Part shown: piece after piece, positions 60,855 to 64,000 of the stretch
Layout: each line of letters opens with the position of its first letter
How positions within the stretch are numbered: the first letter of the stretch is position 1
Assembly (NCBI GenBank): GCA_017646015.1
Contig: JAGCNI010000009.1
Span: 10,535-74,534, forward strand
Length of the DNA stretch: 64,000 nucleotides
Direction of reading: 5' to 3'
Origin: Lentisphaeria bacterium
GTDB lineage: Bacteria; Verrucomicrobiota; Lentisphaeria; Victivallales; UBA1829
Translations under genes and position numbers: made by a program
Notes under the pieces: generated by a model
The model's input: the letters and a program-made list of their open reading frames with translations, nothing else
Databases searched by the model: none
Told to the model about the DNA's origin: nothing

Positions 60855-62552
60855 TCAGAGATTTTCTTTGAACCAGACCTGAAGAGTATTGGACGGAGTG
60901 AAGTAATTTCCTGCGGAAGCGAAATCACAGAGGAGTGCATTTCCGATTTTGCAGCACATCATTACGTCTTTTCCGGCAGAGATTTCTCCTTCCAATTTTT
61001 CCGGCAGGATGACCGGGGAGCCGACGGTTGTGAAACGGGAATCCTGAGCCAGCACAAGCGGACCGCGTTTCACGGCAAAATAATCTCTTCCGCCCGGATC
61101 ACGGACAACTTTGAGTGTCATATTCAGTTGGAGTTCGATCTGAGTTTCATTTTTCCAGCATTTGCGGAGTTCCAGATATTGACCCGGTTCAGCCACCATT
61201 TTTTCCCCGTTCACGATAACAGTTGTTTTTTCTGACCATGCGGGAATTCGCAGGAAGATCGCAAACTCTTCATCATCCGTCATATTCATGGAAATATTGA
61301 CATTCCCTTGAACGGGATAATTTCCGGTAATATTGATTTCAGCCTGTTGTCCGGAAGGAGTCTGGAAATTGATGGTTGCATTTTCATAACCATTGATGAA
61401 AAATCCTTTTTCAGAGGTTTTGAAAGTGAATTCCGGCGACATTGCCAACCCTTCGGGACCCTGTGCGAGACAGCAGTCATGACCGGGGAAATCGCGCATT
61501 TGATCACGTGCTTTTGTGCGGTAGGAACTGCCAGCCAGCGGAGTCGGATTGATGTGCATCCAGGTGTCACCGACGGGGTGCATTGCTCCGAGGAGAGCAT
61601 TGTAGAAACTGCGTTCCATTTCATCTGCCACACGGGAATCTTCTGTCATATTCAAAATTTCAGAACAGTAATGGAGCCAAGTGGTTGTGACACATGTTTC
61701 GCCCAGTTTTCCTGCCCGGTCCGATGTTTGTCTGAGAGCTCCGTCATACCAGAATTCACCCATTTCATCTTTCAGACCGCCGCCCCCGGTTATAAAGATT
61801 TCCCGTTCCAGTACCTGCTGATAATAATTCAGAGCACTTTTCCGGAGAGTCACATTGGGACGGATTTTGAGATATTCGCACAATCCCTCAAAACAGGATG
61901 TCATTTCATATGCTTTCCCGTTGGAAATCTGTGCCGGAGGGACATTATCTTCTGCTGCGATGTAGATATTATGCAGATGACATGCACCGTTATTGACGAC
62001 CGAATCAGCCAGTTCCAGACAGTTTTTATCGTTACTGACTCTGTAAAGACGAACCAGTACGCCGAGGATACTGGCGACAGCCAGACCGAAATGATTTCCA
62101 GTATCGATCAGTCTTCTGTTATTTTCTTCCAATTGTTTTTTCATATGTGCCACCATATTGAGGGCGGCACGCAGGACAATCGGATCCTGATCGATCATTT
62201 CATAATAGCGATAGAGACCGCTGAGTACATATTTTCTGCCCCACAGATCCCATTCCCGGAGCTGCAGTTCTTCCGGATAAGAGCTGATACATCCATCCGG
62301 CGTCTGCGTGGAGATGATATCCCTGACCGTATCCTGGATGATTTGCAGGAGTTCCTGATCCCCGGAGTGTTTCCATGCAAGGATCATGGAACGCACGACC
62401 TTTCCCCAGAATTCGCAACGCCATCTGAAATCTTTTTCAGAGCGGAACCGGAAAGGATCGACCATTGCTTTACAATTCACTTTTTTCAAACGGTTTATGA
62501 TTGTTTTTTCCAATGCATTTCCCAGGGGGCCCCGGAGTGTGACAATAGCCAT
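60855..62552 (-). CDS. GH127-family (DUF1680) beta-L-arabinofuranosidase-like glycoside hydrolase
   Basis: EFWGKVVRS, TQTPDGCISSY, GETCVTTTW and HDCCLAQGPEG match the conserved Glu/Cys-rich Zn-site blocks of DUF1680/GH127. Confidence 0.8.
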   Translation of the reverse strand: MAIVTLRGPLGNALEKTIINRLKKVNCKAMVDPFRFRSEKDFRWRCEFWGKVVRSMILAWKHSGDQELLQIIQDTVRDIISTQTPDGCISSYPEELQLREWDLWGRKYVLSGLYRYYEMIDQDPIVLRAALNMVAHMKKQLEENNRRLIDTGNHFGLAVASILGVLVRLYRVSNDKNCLELADSVVNNGACHLHNIYIAAEDNVPPAQISNGKAYEMTSCFEGLCEYLKIRPNVTLRKSALNYYQQVLEREIFITGGGGLKDEMGEFWYDGALRQTSDRAGKLGETCVTTTWLHYCSEILNMTEDSRVADEMERSFYNALLGAMHPVGDTWMHINPTPLAGSSYRTKARDQMRDFPGHDCCLAQGPEGLAMSPEFTFKTSEKGFFINGYENATINFQTPSGQQAEINITGNYPVQGNVNISMNMTDDEEFAIFLRIPAWSEKTTVIVNGEKMVAEPGQYLELRKCWKNETQIELQLNMTLKVVRDPGGRDYFAVKRGPLVLAQDSRFTTVGSPVILPEKLEGEISAGKDVMMCCKIGNALLCDFASAGNYFTPSNTLQVWFKENL

Positions 62553-62837
62553 ATCTCAATACTTCCTTTGTTGATTCGTTGATTCGTTAATCCGCATAAT
62601 ATTAAAATATCCCTTTTTTCCAAAGATGCAATAGGTTGGGAATATACTTTTCAACAATAAGCATATAAAAAATGAAAAATTCATACTGTGGACATGAGTT
62701 TGTCAAGAGAAACGGTTGTGTTTTCTCTTGCAAAAACGATATTTTTGTGTGATCGGGTTGATTTTATTTTCTTCTCTGGTTTGCATAATCTTTGAAAAGG
62801 GAGTACATTATGGTTTTCAGAAAGGATTTGCAGATAT

Positions 62838-64000
62838 ATGAGACCATTACTTTTATCTCCGGCGGGTAATTTTGAATCTTTGAGTGCGGCACTTGCCAAT
62901 GGTGCGGATGCTGTTTATTTCGGAGTGGGTTCTCTGAATATGCGTTCCCGTGCCAGTGTGAATTTTACAGAAGAAGATCTGGTTCCGGTTGCAGAAAAAT
63001 GCCATGCCTGCGGTGTGGAAGCATGGCTGACTCTGAATACGGTTGTTTTTGATACTGAATTGGATACAGTGAAACGTCTTTGTTCGGCAGCGAAACAGGC
63101 GGGGATCGATGCCGTGATTGCTGCGGATACAGCAGTTCTTCAGATTGCCCGTGAGGCTGGTTTGAGTATTCACCTTTCTGTGCAGGCGAACATTGCCAAT
63201 CTGGAGGCAGTCCGTTTTTATGCTCAATTTGCCGATGTGATGGTGTTGGCGCGGGAGCTGAAACTTTCTCAGATCGCAGCGATTTGCAAAGGGATCCGTG
63301 AACAGAATATCACCGGACCTTCCGGGGAATTGGTACGGGTCGAAGTCTTTGTGCATGGTGCTTTGTGCGTGGCTGTTTCCGGAAAATGTTATATGAGTCT
63401 GGCTGTGTTCAATTCCTCTGCCAACCGCGGGGATTGTTATCAGCCGTGCCGCCGGGCTTATACTGTGCGGGATTCTGTGAATGGACAGGAGTTGGAGATC
63501 GATAATCATTATGTGATGTCACCGAATGACTTGTGTACGATCGAACTGTTGCCGCAGTTATTGTCCGCCGGCGTATCGGTCTTGAAGATCGAGGGACGCG
63601 GTCGTTCTGCTGATTATGTTGCATGTGTGACCCGGGTGTACCGTGAAGCGGTCGATCTCTGGAAAGCGGGAGCTGCTGTGGAGCCGGCTCAGCTTGAGAG
63701 TTGGAAAAAACGTTTAGGCGAAGTATTCAACCGTGGTTTCTGGCATGGGGGTTATTATCTTGGTGAAAAAGTGGGCGAGTGGACAGCCTCTTCGGAAAAT
63801 AAATCCACGCTGGTGAAAGTTCTGACCGGACAGGTGTTGAATTATTATGCCAAAGCGGGGATCGCCCAGATTCGTCTGAATTCCGGTGTTGTGCATCAGG
63901 GGGATCGTTTTCTGATCACGGGACCGACAACGGGAGCGGCAGAGGGGATCATCACCTCCATGCGTGTAAATGATCTTCCCGGCATTATTGCGGAAAAAGG
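62838..64000 (+). CDS. Peptidase U32-family protein (5' part; continues beyond the window)
   Basis: The frame is open from ATG 62838 to the window end and is absent from the ORF track because no stop is reached. MRPLLLSPAGNFESLSAALANGADAVYFG. U32 signature EVFVHGALCVAVSGKCYMS. LKIEGRGRS. Confidence 0.85.
   Translation, partial: MRPLLLSPAGNFESLSAALANGADAVYFGVGSLNMRSRASVNFTEEDLVPVAEKCHACGVEAWLTLNTVVFDTELDTVKRLCSAAKQAGIDAVIAADTAVLQIAREAGLSIHLSVQANIANLEAVRFYAQFADVMVLARELKLSQIAAICKGIREQNITGPSGELVRVEVFVHGALCVAVSGKCYMSLAVFNSSANRGDCYQPCRRAYTVRDSVNGQELEIDNHYVMSPNDLCTIELLPQLLSAGVSVLKIEGRGRSADYVACVTRVYREAVDLWKAGAAVEPAQLESWKKRLGEVFNRGFWHGGYYLGEKVGEWTASSENKSTLVKVLTGQVLNYYAKAGIAQIRLNSGVVHQGDRFLITGPTTGAAEGIITSMRVNDLPGIIAEK

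Noticed and set aside
47865-62552. Genomic island inserted at tRNA-Asn.
   Set aside because: The position next to a tRNA and the functional coherence of the cluster suggested an island. However, there is no integrase, no visible duplicate of the tRNA 3' end, and no obvious compositional break by eye. It is kept only as a low-interest item.
62853-63509. 218 aa minus-strand ORF at the right edge.
   Set aside because: The plus strand here encodes an unmistakable U32-family protein (EVFVHGALCVAVSGKCYMS signature). That gene is missing from the ORF track only because it has no stop inside the window. The minus ORF is its shadow.
1-64000. Search for CRISPR arrays, IS elements, integrases, prophage or toxin-antitoxin modules.
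   Set aside because: I saw no regularly spaced direct repeats, no transposase or integrase-like ORFs, and no small paired ORFs with TA-like features. The only sizeable repeats are the transporter triplication and the 25 nt inverted repeat at 49.5 kb.

Overview
This is a chromosomal, origin-proximal segment (dnaN-recF at the left edge) of a diderm bacterium. The host is probably a PVC-group organism (Lentisphaerota, Kiritimatiellota or Verrucomicrobiota-like). The evidence is a DUF1559-type pseudopilin N-terminus ([25 protein letters not shown]), the LPS genes lpxK and an lpxL-like acyltransferase, and many glycoside-hydrolase-like genes. I support about 54 protein genes and one tRNA-Asn(GTT). 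I recognised no rRNA, CRISPR array, transposase, integrase or phage genes.

Layout:
- 1-3.1 kb: dnaN (partial), recF, lpxK.
- 3.1-18.1 kb: one very tightly packed minus-strand array. It reads pilT, FHA-MoxR, DUF58, transglutaminase-like, cpaB, FHA-cpaF, tadB, tadC, DUF192, FHA/TM protein, 5xPEGA lipoprotein, membrane protein, rsmG.
- 18.2-20.8 kb: glutamine amidotransferase-like hydrolase, leuD, leuC.
- 20.9-24.0 kb: three tandem 304-codon membrane-transporter paralogs, each with its own promoter and leader.
- 24-31.4 kb: lpxL-like acyltransferase, rpe, a radical-SAM(TIGR01212)-MnmC-methyltransferase fusion, an XRE-HTH fused to a GH78-like body, and a MATE pump.
- 31.4-47.6 kb: housekeeping genes (thioesterase, PpiD-like, cysS, rdgB, galE, exonuclease, pyrH, frr, dinB, GNAT), a second MoxR-DUF58-VWA (Bat-like) operon and a GT39-like protein.
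- 47.8 kb: tRNA-Asn.
- 48.3-62.6 kb: a glycan-utilisation-like cluster with regulator, pseudopilin, MBL hydrolase, GH28-like, large CBM protein, M14-like, unknown protein, SGNH esterase and GH127.
- Right edge: a partial U32 peptidase-family gene.

The observations most worth follow-up:
- The 15 kb PilT/MoxR/transglutaminase/Tad-like array, which has three FHA domains but no pilin, secretin or prepilin peptidase.
- The radical-SAM-MnmC fusion.
- The HTH-GH78-like fusion.
- The mosaic triplicated transporter with a conserved hairpin plus U-tract leader.
- A 24/25 nt inverted repeat bracketing the translation start of the pseudopilin gene.

All functional calls rest on motif recognition by eye in the supplied translations. 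No database search was run.
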